From assembly GCA_963764725.1 (NCBI GenBank), contig CAVXTM010000010.1, positions 96,001 through 160,000 on the forward strand: 64,000 nt of DNA, read 5' to 3'. The notes under the pieces were generated by a model. It did no database searches. It was not told where the DNA came from and saw only the letters and a program-made list of their open reading frames with translations. This document shows, one piece after another, positions 1-9,574 of this stretch. Each line of letters opens with the position of its first letter. Positions within the stretch are counted from its first letter, which is position 1. Origin of the DNA: an uncultured Gammaproteobacteria bacterium. GTDB taxonomy: Bacteria > Pseudomonadota > Gammaproteobacteria > JACCXJ01. The position numbers and the translations under genes are program-made.

Positions 1-1143
1 GAACACGAAGGCGAAGGGCAGGGGACGGATCGCGCGGCCATCGCCCGGTTCGAGCGCCGCGAGCGGATCGAACTCCCACTCCTTGAGAAAACGTAGCATC
101 GCTGGATAGTCCACCAGCCCACCCTCGTCCGAGATATGGTAACGAACGAGCGGGATCCCATTGTCCCCGCTGAAGACCAAGGTGCCTTCGGAGGACTCGA
201 AGTACCGCTGAAGGGGGTCGTATTGAACGAGGGTCGGCAAGCGCGGCTCGCCGAAGAGTTGCCGCGCCGCCTCTGGCGTGCCGGCCAGGAACCGCCGGAT
301 GCACACCGACAGCGGCGTCTCATTGCCCAAGACCCCGGCATCCGCCGTCCCATAGAGCGAGGCCGCATCACGGCAGTGGTCCGATGCTCCCGCGCGCTCG
401 AGCACCAGCGTGCGCCATTCTTCGCTGAAAACCTCGCCGGCCAGGACCAGTTTGATATGGTACTTCGGCCAAGCGATGCCGCGCGCCCGTCCCGTATCAA
501 TCACGTCCTTGAGAAAGGGCGGATAGCCGAGGAGCACGACTTGATCGAAATTCGGGCCGAGGGCTTCGATGACGCGCAGGATCTCGTCTTTGTTATTGCC
601 CGGCGTGACCACCGTGAGGGGATAGCCCTTGGCGGCCAGGTGCCGGCAGCAGGCGGCGGTGTACATCCCGCCGACCCAGGTGCCGAGCGCGAAGCAGACC
701 GCGGCGAGCGTGAGGCGGGAATCGGCATGGAAACTATCGTGAAATACCTGCTCGAAGCGTACCGCGATCGCAAGCTCATCGGTGACGAAACGCGGCCAAA
801 ACGCCGGCGTGCCGGTCGAACCCGACGAGACGGCGATCATGTCGCAAGTCTCCAAGCGCCCATTCCGGCAAAGCGCCGCGAGCGGGTGCTTGGCGAGGTA
901 ATTTTGCTTGCTGGTCAAGGGCAGGGTCGCGAAATCTTCCGCGCGCCGAATCGACTCGGGCGCGACGCCCTGCTCCTTGAGAAACGCTTGGTAGGCCGGG
1001 ACTGTGCGCGCGATGTCGTGAAAGAGCGCGAGCGCACGCTCGGCCGGCGCGGGGCGGTCGTCCAGAGCGAGTAGACGGTCAAGCGGCGTGTCGATAAACG
1101 CCTGGAGACCGTTCAACAATCGATCACGTTTTTCGTAAGCCAT
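1..1143 (-). CDS. Phenylacetate-CoA ligase family (PaaK-like adenylate-forming) protein, 3' end runs off window
   Basis: Manual minus-strand translation from ATG at 1143: MAYEKRDRLL...VPAYQAFL...SSGSTGTPAFW (AMP-binding loop)...YGTADAG...GIPLVRYHISDEG. Absent from the ORF track because it has no stop in the window. Confidence 0.85.
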   Translation of the reverse strand, partial: MAYEKRDRLLNGLQAFIDTPLDRLLALDDRPAPAERALALFHDIARTVPAYQAFLKEQGVAPESIRRAEDFATLPLTSKQNYLAKHPLAALCRNGRLETCDMIAVSSGSTGTPAFWPRFVTDELAIAVRFEQVFHDSFHADSRLTLAAVCFALGTWVGGMYTAACCRHLAAKGYPLTVVTPGNNKDEILRVIEALGPNFDQVVLLGYPPFLKDVIDTGRARGIAWPKYHIKLVLAGEVFSEEWRTLVLERAGASDHCRDAASLYGTADAGVLGNETPLSVCIRRFLAGTPEAARQLFGEPRLPTLVQYDPLQRYFESSEGTLVFSGDNGIPLVRYHISDEGGLVDYPAMLRFLKEWEFDPLAALEPGDGRAIRPLPFAFVF

Positions 1144-1477
1144 AGGTTTTGCAACTAGCCGGGGGAGATTCCATACGGATAAATCGCTTTAGTCGTCACC
1201 GCATCTTCATTGAGCACAACCCTTTTTAATCTTTAACGCTGAGCGCGGCAAGCGTTCTGAGTCAGGGTAACGTCCTCGATCGCCTCGCTTGAGCAGGGTC
1301 GCGGGTCCTTTACCGATCTTCATTCTCGCTGGCAACTGCCCAGCCAAGCTGCAACCTCCCTAATGGTAGCTTCCTGCATTGGTTGTTGATCCCGAAGGGC
1401 CTCCGCGAACATGATTCACGCATTGAGAAGTGCACGGTGTTTTTTCGGGACAGATCGTGAATATGTCACAAAATGTT

Positions 1478-1493
1478 TGTGAGAAAAGTCACT
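1478..1493. promoter_or_regulatory. Possible CRP/FNR-family binding site
   Basis: TGTGA-N6-TCACT in the divergent intergenic region upstream of 1609; a second N5 variant lies at about 1456-1470. Confidence 0.3.
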
Positions 1494-1608
1494 GAACAAG
1501 CGAAGGTACATTTCGTATCCTTGCGGTGTGAAGGCTAACCGGCGCTCAACTCTGACGCGCCAAAAAGCCGCACGCCGCATACTTATCCATAGTCAGAGAT
1601 GATAAACC

Positions 1609-2631
1609 ATGCTTAACGTGACCATCGACAAAGAAATGATAAGTATCGGAGAGCGGTTTGCCGTCTCCTTCCAGCGCACGCTTCGCATTCCTGACGACGG
1701 CCGCGCTTACCCGCTGCCGCCCGGGCTCGGCAGGTTCCCGGTCTTGCAGGTGGAGGATTATCTCGACCACGTGCCACCCTTGTGGCGCGAGCAAGGCGGG
1801 GCATTCATTCCGATGTACCAACGGGAGGCGTTGTGGCTCGGATTCCACGCGGCATCCTGGAAACCGAACGCGGTGAAGATCGCGGTCGGCAGGATCAACG
1901 CGATTTCCGGCGAGCCTTCCGATGAGGTGCTTCATTCCGATCCCCAAGACTATCTCGTCTGCCCTGACCAGCCTTGGCTCGACGGCCTCCACACCGGGCA
2001 GGGTTCGGTCCGGCAGTTCGTCGCGATGCCGCTGGGACTCGGCTACACGATCGAGGCCTCAATGACGGGAGCGGAAACCTTCGGCGGCATCCAAATCACC
2101 GTCTTCGAGCCAAAGCCAGGTAAGTTCCCCGATGAACGTCCGGTCACGCCCGACACCGGTCCCGTCCGCGCCGCCATGCCGAAGCCGGGCGGGGTCGCAC
2201 CGATGGGGCTTGGTGCCGGGGGCATGATGAAACAAAAGATCTACTCCGACCCGTATGGCATCGACGCCTGGGACCAGGACAATTACGGGTGGATCTTCGT
2301 CCACATCATCAACAGCGCGGAGTTTTTCGAGATCACCGGGCTCGAGCCGCTGCCGACGCCCATCGATGCGAAGACCTATACTGAGTACGGGCTGCCTTGG
2401 TTCGACCTTTACGACGAAGCCAAGAGCGATATCGCGCCAACTGAACAGCTCGCCCGGGTCAAGACGGTTTCCGCACGAGACGCTGAGCGGGGAGAGACCG
2501 CCCAAACCGATACCTCGGTTGAGGTACCCGAATCACAGATCAAGAGATTGCGCAATAACGACTCCACCAGGGCGAAGGACCAGCAGCCTTCCTCGCCCGA
2601 TTCAGCGGAGTATTCACCCGAGGGTGAATAA
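1609..2631 (+). CDS. Conserved hypothetical protein (SFQRTLRIPDDG...YPLPPGLG / PMYQREA / QPWLDG / RQFVAMPLG / MGLGAGG family)
   Basis: 340-aa ORF with motif blocks I recall from an uncharacterised family in bacteria and fungi; first gene of a co-directional run. Confidence 0.75.
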   Translation: MLNVTIDKEMISIGERFAVSFQRTLRIPDDGRAYPLPPGLGRFPVLQVEDYLDHVPPLWREQGGAFIPMYQREALWLGFHAASWKPNAVKIAVGRINAISGEPSDEVLHSDPQDYLVCPDQPWLDGLHTGQGSVRQFVAMPLGLGYTIEASMTGAETFGGIQITVFEPKPGKFPDERPVTPDTGPVRAAMPKPGGVAPMGLGAGGMMKQKIYSDPYGIDAWDQDNYGWIFVHIINSAEFFEITGLEPLPTPIDAKTYTEYGLPWFDLYDEAKSDIAPTEQLARVKTVSARDAERGETAQTDTSVEVPESQIKRLRNNDSTRAKDQQPSSPDSAEYSPEGE

Positions 2632-2684
2632 GGCTGTCATCATCCACTGCCGAAAGTTCGGCTTTTTAATGTAAGGAGATAACC

Positions 2685-3699
2685 ATGCCCGAATATTTAA
2701 GAGTATGTCAAGACAGGCTTCTGCCGAGGGATCTTGTGCGGCCGCAACAGACCATTCGTATGGGAGGGGGAGCGAGTCGGGCGATCATCGTCTTCCTCAA
2801 ACGTTGGATCAACGGGTCGAAGCTCCATGTGCGATTTATGGGAGGAACCCCCGCCCAGCAGGCGATCGCCAAAGAGCAAGCGCAGTGGTGGACTCAGCAC
2901 GCAAATCTGACGTTCGTGTTCGACAACGCCCCAAACGCGGAGATTCGCATTACCTTCGATAGCAGCGACGGGGCGTGGTCCTATATCGGCACCGATGCCA
3001 GTTCGATTCCAACTAATCAGCCGACAATGAACCTCGGCTTCCTCGATGGCGGCACGGCGGCTCACGAATTCGGCCACGCGATCGGCCTTGCGCACGAGCA
3101 CCAAAATCCGGCAGGAGGTATCGAGTGGAATGAAGAGGTCGTCCTCCGCGACTTGAGCGGCTCACCCAATTTCTGGAGCCCAGAGGAAATCAGGCACAAC
3201 GTCCTCGAAAAGTATAAAGCCGATCAAATCCGAGGGACGAACTTCGATCGCGACTCGATCATGCTCTACTTCTTTCCCGACACCTGGGTCAAGAAGCGGC
3301 AAAGGTACTAAGGAGAACGACGTGCTGTCGAACCTAGACAAGGAGTTTATCGCCAGCGCCCAGGCGTATCCGCGCGTCGCGGTTCAGGCGGTGGAGCTAG
3401 GCGTCAATGCGGCACCCACGCCAGCGAAGATCGGCGTACCCGGTGAGGAAGACCTCTTCAAGTTCACGGTGACATCCGGCGGTCGCCATACTATCGAGAC
3501 CGACGGCCAGACCGACGTTGTGATGAAGCTGTTCGGCCCTAACAGCCAAACCAGCATGATCGCCGAGGATGACGACGGTGGCGTCGGACTAAATGCGAGA
3601 ATCGTTGCCGACATAATTCCGGGCCAATATTTCGTCCCAATCCGGCATTTTAATAAGGCTCGCGGCACCGGTTCGTACGGCATCAGAGTGAGCCGATAG
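2685..3699 (+). CDS. Astacin-like (M12A) zinc metallopeptidase with C-terminal PPC-like beta domain, split by a 1-nt frameshift at about 3297
   Basis: HEFGHAIGLAHEH metzincin motif and SIMLY Met-turn. Removing one A gives VKSGKGTKENDVLSNLDKEF, which joins ORF 3322-3699 (EEDLFKF...TDVVMKLFG...EDDDGG, PPC-like). RBS AAGGAG. Confidence 0.85.
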
Positions 3700-3725
3700 C
3701 CGTTTGAGGAACCTAGGAGCAGACG

Positions 3726-4874
3726 ATGACGATCTCATTTCCATCCGATTTCCCGCGCAACCTTACCGGCTTCGGCGGGGACCGCTCGATGAACCAGGCA
3801 CAGCACCGGGCGGCGCTTAGGAAAACGCCGGTCATCCTGGTGCACGGCAACGGCGGGCACTCGACCCATCCGAAGTGGGGGATGGAGACGCTGAAAGGAT
3901 TTCTCAAGGGCGAGAGCTACCAGGACTGCGAGATCTGGGCGATGGATCACCTCGGCGAGAACAACACTGCCGCCGACCTCAACGATCCGCATCGCAACCA
4001 TATCGATGCGCTGCGGACGTTCGTCGACCGCGTACGCGAGTATCTCGACGTGAGCAAACTCGATTTCATCGGCCACTCGCTCGGCTGCGGCATGATCAAC
4101 GCGTATTTGCGCGGCCTGCAACGGGATGGCCGATGGGACGGCAGCGCGCATCGGCTCGAAGTCGCCAGCACGTTCGTCTCGCTTGCCGGCGCCACCTATG
4201 GCCTCGGCCCTAACTCGATCAGCGAGTTCAAGTCCGGGTCCCCGTTCGAGCAGGCCTCGCATACGATCGAGCTGCCGGCGCACGGCCGCGTGGTCGACGA
4301 TTCGCCGCGCGGTTCGGGCAACGTCGCGGAGCAGCAGTCGCCGACGCCGGACTGGGCCAAGATCACTACGAGCGACGACAACTCGATCTGCTACGTCGCG
4401 TTTACCGCGGCCGGCGACTTCGTCGACGCGCAGAACCGGGACACTGGCCACCGCAAGGGGGCCGACGTAAATCGGCGCTTCAACCTCGGCGCGAGCCTTG
4501 ACGGCCACGAGAAGATCATCAAGAGCCGGACGGTATTCGACGCGTTCAAGAGCTTCCTGAACCGGAACCCGCCGCTGCCGCTGGCGACAATCAGCGTCGA
4601 CAAGGACAGCGGGAGCTACGGCGCCGGACTCGAGGTCCGCATCACCGTCGCGCCGGCGACGGTGCCGGTGCGCTATGTAGCCGAGCGCGTCACGCGGCAG
4701 TTCCAAGGCGGCTTCATCGTGCGCCAGGTCGCCGAGGCGCCCAGCGGCACGCTGGCGAGCGGCCAGTCGCTGGTGCTGGCGACCGACGGCGCATGGGACA
4801 ACTACCCCGGGACAAGCGCCTTGCTACAAAGAAGCTGTGCGACTACTACAGCAAGCTTGGATTTGTCCGCATAG
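3726..4874 (+). CDS. Alpha/beta-hydrolase lipase/esterase (EstA/Lipase_2-like), C-terminus probably truncated
   Basis: PVILVHGNGG oxyanion motif and GHSLG nucleophile elbow. Base composition changes abruptly at about 4800. Confidence 0.8.
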   Translation: MTISFPSDFPRNLTGFGGDRSMNQAQHRAALRKTPVILVHGNGGHSTHPKWGMETLKGFLKGESYQDCEIWAMDHLGENNTAADLNDPHRNHIDALRTFVDRVREYLDVSKLDFIGHSLGCGMINAYLRGLQRDGRWDGSAHRLEVASTFVSLAGATYGLGPNSISEFKSGSPFEQASHTIELPAHGRVVDDSPRGSGNVAEQQSPTPDWAKITTSDDNSICYVAFTAAGDFVDAQNRDTGHRKGADVNRRFNLGASLDGHEKIIKSRTVFDAFKSFLNRNPPLPLATISVDKDSGSYGAGLEVRITVAPATVPVRYVAERVTRQFQGGFIVRQVAEAPSGTLASGQSLVLATDGAWDNYPGTSALLQRSCATTTASLDLSA

Positions 4875-4962
4875 GCCGTACGCCGTTTATGGTTAGAGCT
4901 ACTGCGTGGCCAGTTCCGTCAGGTGAAACCGTCTAGCCTACCTGCGCGCATAGACACAAGGC

Positions 4963-5028
4963 GTCCAACCTCGGCTTCAGCGGGACGCAACGGTGGCGCT
5001 TCGCTTGCCGGTCAACTAAACGTTGGTC
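4963..5028 (+). repeat. attC-like site preceding higBA
   Basis: R'' GTCCAAC ... imperfect palindrome ... R' GTTGGTC, followed by the same leader as the integron gene-less cassette. Confidence 0.6.
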
Positions 5029-5159
5029 GGCGCGGAGCGCCGGGGCCACAGTCTTTAGAGCGGGAGATAAGCTGTTGCCTAAGGTTGCGCGCGCTACATT
5101 TCTATCCCGACCCTCATAGCTACGCTTTACGGTAATCACGCAATGCATTACTATGAGGC

Positions 5160-5438
5160 GTGATCAGGTCATTCAAGTGCGCCGATACGGAAGCGCTTAC
5201 GAAAGGCATCCGCGTCAGGCGATTGGTGAACATCACTGCAGTGGCGCGGCGCAAGCTGAGACAGATTGAGATCGCCGGTCGAGTGGATGACTTAAGGGTG
5301 CCGCCCGGCAACCGCCTCGAAGTGCTCAAGGGCAACCGTGCCGGCCAGTACAGCATTCGGATCAATGATCAGTGGCGCATCTGTTTTCGCTGGACGGAAG
5401 CGGGCGCAGAAGACGTGGAGATCGTGGATTACCACTGA
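5160..5438 (+). CDS. higB: HigB toxin (RelE/ParE, plasmid maintenance killer family)
   Basis: MIRSFK...LRVPPGNRLEVLKGNRAGQYSIRINDQWRICFRW...VEIVDYH, a classic HigB sequence. Confidence 0.95.
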   Translation: MIRSFKCADTEALTKGIRVRRLVNITAVARRKLRQIEIAGRVDDLRVPPGNRLEVLKGNRAGQYSIRINDQWRICFRWTEAGAEDVEIVDYH

Positions 5439-5442
5439 GGTG

Positions 5443-5781
5443 ATGAGCAAACTCAAACCCGTTACCCCCGGCGAGATTCTCCTGGAAGAGTTCCTCAAGC
5501 CGATGGGGCTAAGCCAGTATCGTCTGGCCAAGGAGATCGGTGTTCCCGCGCAACGCATCGGCGAGATCGTTGCCGGTAAGCGTGCCATTACGGCGGACAC
5601 CGATCTGCGGCTGTGTCGGTTCTTTGGCCTTTCCAATGGTTATTGGCTGCGTGCTCAGGTCGCGCACGACACGGAGGTCGCAGAGCGCACCATCGGTCCA
5701 GCACTCACAAAGATCAGGCCGTGGTCTGCACATGTTGCCCAACAAGGCACTGCAGCCGACGACGCTACACGGCACGGCTGA
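5443..5781 (+). CDS. higA: HigA antitoxin (HTH-XRE)
   Basis: PVTPGEILLEEFLKPMGLSQYRLAKEIGV...RAITADTDLRL; starts 4 nt after the higB stop. Confidence 0.95.
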   Translation: MSKLKPVTPGEILLEEFLKPMGLSQYRLAKEIGVPAQRIGEIVAGKRAITADTDLRLCRFFGLSNGYWLRAQVAHDTEVAERTIGPALTKIRPWSAHVAQQGTAADDATRHG

Positions 5782-5904
5782 GCTCGATTTTCGCCGATCA
5801 AGTTGACGACGGTACGCCAACCAACGGAGCGCGAGGTGTCTCTGTCGAGTTCTTCAGCACTGCGCGCCGTCCTAGGACAGCACCACTATGACTATGGCCT
5901 TGTT

Positions 5905-5937
5905 TTCCCGGATTTCGCTTCGCTGCGTCCGGGCTAC
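5905..5937 (-). repeat. GTAG-type REP palindrome
   Basis: Minus strand GTAGCCCGGACGCAGCGAAGCGAAATCCGGGAA: GTAG tetramer plus a CCCGG/CCGGG stem. Confidence 0.6.
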
Positions 5938-6184
5938 GCCGGCTGTTTCGGTCGCGGACCTCGGCGACCGACATTCAGGACAAACACAAGCCTGGTCCAC
6001 GGCTATCCGCCGGGCAAGCACCGATCCCGGGATCAGGTCGATGCTCCAGAATAAAATTCATTCCTCGCGGTCTTCCCGTGGGCCCGGCGCGTTCCGTTCC
6101 GGATCGATAGACGTGAATAGCGGAGACCTCCATGAGGAGAGGCCAGGGACACGGGCGCGAAACGACTTGACGGCGGAAGTCATA

Positions 6185-8066
6185 TCAATGGCGTAGCTCC
6201 TCGAGCAGGTACCCCGCTTCGCTCGCGAGGTCGGTTGTGGCGGGGAAGAAACCGTTCGCCGTTGTCCACCAGTTGACGTAGCGGCGGAGCTGGCGTTCGG
6301 TTGATTCGAGCGGGAATGTGTCGCCACCGGATTGCTCCCGAACTAGAGCCTTCATTTCCGCCAGGGCGTTTCGGGCTGCGTCGACAGGCGGACTCTGACC
6401 GGCTAGCGGCGCGAGCAGGTAGATCTCGATCAACGAGCCGAGCGCCCAGATGACCGCGCTCGGCTTCTGCGTTCCTCTTGTCTATTTTCGCAGCGGTGAC
6501 CGCCGCGTGCCAGCGGCCGGGGTCCACTATGCGCCCGTCGAGAACGGCATCGAGCGACAGAGACTGGACGGCCGTCCAATGGTGCGAGAGGTTGCTCTCG
6601 GAGCCCCTGCCGGTACCAGTTGCGCGAACGTTCGAGTGCTGCACGCATCAGCTGGTGCCAATGCGCGGCGTCTCCCAGGCGCGCGCGCACAAAGCACAGC
6701 TCGGCCAGGCGCTTTTCGGCGCTTCCCAAGCAGACCCACATTCTCATCCAGGATGCCACTGCCGACCGGCATTTTCGGGCTCTTTCGAAAAGCCTTCGAG
6801 CGCCTCGATGCGTGCTCGCAGCTGCGTGGCCACTTGATCGAAGCGCGGCTGGATCCCTGTCGCCTCGCTTGACCATCTCATCGGACCAGCCCTGCATCAT
6901 CTTGAGCGCGGCCAGTACGCACTCGAGCCTGACGTCCAGGAGATGATCGGCGTAACCCTCTGGGAAGCCGCGCGTATCCCACGAGGCTGGCCCAGTCGTG
7001 ACCGGTCTTGTCGCGGCTCTCGTACAAGGCGACACGCGCGTTGTGTAGCGCGACTCTTACGTCCTTGCCACCGAGCAGTGCCTTGTAGAAGATCTCGACC
7101 ATCAGGGTGGACCCGAGCTTGGTGAACGGGAATTGCGAGGCGACGACAATCGGGAATCCCAGTTCGTGGAGCTCGTGGGCGATGCTGCGCTTCGAGGTGA
7201 TGGTGTTGGTCAAGTTGGCCGCGTCGCAGGTCGCCAGGGTGACTACGACCGCGTGACCGACCAGGGGAGCCAGAGCCTTCCCGAGTTCCTCCGGCGTCAC
7301 TTCAGGCACGCCTCCCTCTTCGATAGGTATCCCTATGCCGAAATGCTGGCTCGGCGCCTCCCCAACGGGTACTCCGTGCGCCAGCAGGTGCACGTGTGTG
7401 AAGGGCTTCTTCTTCTCCACCGCTTCGCGGCAAGCCTCTGCGAGCTTCTCGAGGGTCACCTCTGCCAATGTTGTCAGCACATCGTCGGACTCGGGCGTGT
7501 TGTTGGTTGCGTGTACCACTGGGATCCAAGGCTCCAAGACGGCACGCAAGGCGCTCTCGTGCTCCTGGGACGGTACGTCGGTGGGTTCCGACAGAGGGGC
7601 CCAGGCGTACAGGAACCGTGGAGTGGCTGGCCAGCGCGCGCGGTTCTCGGCGAAAGTGTGGCGTACGCGTCGCGTCAGCACGACCGCTGAATCGTTTCGT
7701 GCGAAGAGCGGTCGTCCCTCGCTGTCGGTGGCCGCCTCGAAGGGGAGGGCAGCCACCTCAGCGGGATTGACGACGAGGTCGAGTTGCAGAGGAAATGGGC
7801 CGCTGGAGATCTCGGTCAGACTGTTGGTCCCCAGCAGCTTGGCGGCAATCTCGCCGATTTGTTTCAACGCGGTTGCGCGCGCCTGTGCATCCTTCTCGTA
7901 ACGAAGGGCGATGATTAGTTTTAGAAAGCTCTCTTGTTCCAGCGGCGACCTAAACTCGCGTACGGGATACTCAGATCCGGCTGCAACAAGGTACGGGATC
8001 GCCTTCGCGCCATATACCCGTCTTGAGATTATTGAGGCGAAGAAATTCAAGAAGCAGTGAGCGCAT
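6185..8066 (-). CDS. CHAT-domain (caspase-like) protease with helical/TPR-like C-terminus, about 625 aa, multiply frameshifted
   Basis: RBS GGAGGAGG then ATG at 8066 (MRSLLLEFLR...). CHAT motifs ALPFEA, HVHLLAHG (catalytic His), VVTLATCDA (catalytic Cys), IVVASQF and HDWASLVGY. The C-terminal part can be threaded through ORFs 6430-7035, 6180-6644 and 6185-6433 via several frameshifts. Confidence 0.8.
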
Positions 8067-8126
8067 GTTCCTCCTCCGCCGCAGCCGGTGAGCACCGGCG
8101 TGCTCGTGGTGTGCGCGTCACGCTGG

Positions 8127-9194
8127 CTACCACTCGATCATGACACCTTCCGCGTCTGACCGAGGAAAGACTGTCGTGTAACCATGCTTCTTGCGGAGCG
8201 GCTTGCCGTCCCAAAACTCGTTGAACCTGGTCCGATAGTTGAACGTCAGTTCCGGCTCGGCGCCTCCCCATTTGATCACGCGCGCGATCGCCTGCCGGTC
8301 GGGGTGCTTGAAGTGGGCGCCGTTGGTCGAGAAGAGGTACCGCTTGCAGTCCAGCGCTTCGAGGAGCGCACGGCTGACGTTCGCCTTGCTGCCGTGGTGC
8401 GGCAGCTTGCAGGCGTCAACGGCGAGCTTGCCGCTCGTGCCGAGGCGCGTGATGGCCGCCGTCAGCACACCGGGATGGGCGTCGCCGGTGAGCAGTAAGC
8501 GGTGTCCATCAAACTCGGCGAGCACCGCGATGCTGCTGCCGTTGGCTTCCGCGGTATCCTCGGAGAACTTCTCGAGTGCAAGCTCGTCCACATCGAGTGC
8601 GCCGCCGAGCAGCTCGAAGCCTTCTGGCGACTCGACCTCCTCGGGACGCTTCATGGTGGGATCGAGCCCCGCCTTGCGGACCTCCTTCTCCCACTCTGGT
8701 TTCAGATCGGCCAGCTTGCCCGGAGTGGGCGACAGCAACGTCAGAACGAGACCGCCATCGAGCTCGACGCGTGGGAGCTTGCCCTCCGTAGGGACGACGA
8801 CTGCCTTCTTCCCGAAGGCGCAGTTCCACTTCATGCCTGGGTTGACCAGCATGTCCGTGAGCTTCTCGCCCTGGACCGGGCCGAGTGTGTCGAGGTTTTC
8901 ATCGGGGAGGTGTCGATAGCCGTTGAACCAGATGTCGTTTGCCTGGAAGCCCGTTTCCTTGTCTTCCAGGAGATCCAACACTCCCGCAATGTGGTCGGCG
9001 TCGATGTGCGTGACCATGAGCAGCTCGAAGCGGCGCTCCTTCTCGGAAAGCTCGCGGAGCTTGGGACGCAAGGCGCGCTTGTAGGTGCCCGTTGCCCCTC
9101 CGTCAATCAGGACCCGTCGCGGAGCCTTGGGATCGCCATATTCGATCCACAAACAGTCACCGTGTCCTGCGAGAAGCATTTCGATACTGAACAT
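8127..9194 (-). CDS. MBL-fold metallo-hydrolase (ComEC/Avs1a-like)
   Basis: GDCLWI, LIDGG, THIDADHIAG (HxDxDH), ANGSSIA, LLTGDA, KLPHHGS, FSTNG motifs; RBS AAGGAG. Confidence 0.9.
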   Translation of the reverse strand: MFSIEMLLAGHGDCLWIEYGDPKAPRRVLIDGGATGTYKRALRPKLRELSEKERRFELLMVTHIDADHIAGVLDLLEDKETGFQANDIWFNGYRHLPDENLDTLGPVQGEKLTDMLVNPGMKWNCAFGKKAVVVPTEGKLPRVELDGGLVLTLLSPTPGKLADLKPEWEKEVRKAGLDPTMKRPEEVESPEGFELLGGALDVDELALEKFSEDTAEANGSSIAVLAEFDGHRLLLTGDAHPGVLTAAITRLGTSGKLAVDACKLPHHGSKANVSRALLEALDCKRYLFSTNGAHFKHPDRQAIARVIKWGGAEPELTFNYRTRFNEFWDGKPLRKKHGYTTVFPRSDAEGVMIEW

Positions 9195-9432
9195 TGCATT
9201 CTCCTTTCGAGGAGGTCGACGGTGACCGCCCGAGCAAGCGACACCTTTGGACTCTTCACCTCCCCGACTCTCCAGTCTCGCATGTAGCGCTTCGAGAAGT
9301 GCAAAAGCACCCCCGACTGGACGTTGGTGGTACTGATGATGAAGTGGGGCTCATCGGGCAAAAAAGGGAAGATACAACTGGACCTGTTAGCTGTCAAACA
9401 CGCGGGTCCCGGGTCCCCGGATCGGGGAATTT

Positions 9433-9536
9433 TCGGGCCATTGCATCCTCGGCGCGCCTAGCAGGCCCCCTTCGGGTCCGGCCAGCTTCGCTGGCGCTCG
9501 GGTACTCGCCCCTGGGCCTGGCTTTCATTGGCCCGA
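9433..9536. repeat. Nested palindromic repeat containing family-B element (9442-9523)
   Basis: TCGGGCCA...TGGCCCGA inverted repeat enclosing TGCATCCTCGGCGCGCC...CCTGGCT, similar to 29765-29808 and 35161-35204. Confidence 0.6.
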
Positions 9537-9574
9537 GGCGCCAAGTTTCGGGACCAGTGGCAGTATCCAAGCCG

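Noticed and set aside
136-1074. 312-aa plus-strand ORF
   Set aside because: Antisense shadow of the PaaK-like gene, which has clear motifs on the minus strand.
6878-8095. ORF-track start MLTGCGGGG for the CHAT protein (lipoprotein-like)
   Set aside because: The GGAGGAGG is an RBS for the ATG at 8066 in another frame; the apparent N-terminus is a frameshift artefact.
8127-9194. Beta-lactam resistance gene
   Set aside because: ComEC-like HxDxDH and HHGS motifs and no signal peptide; not a class B beta-lactamase.
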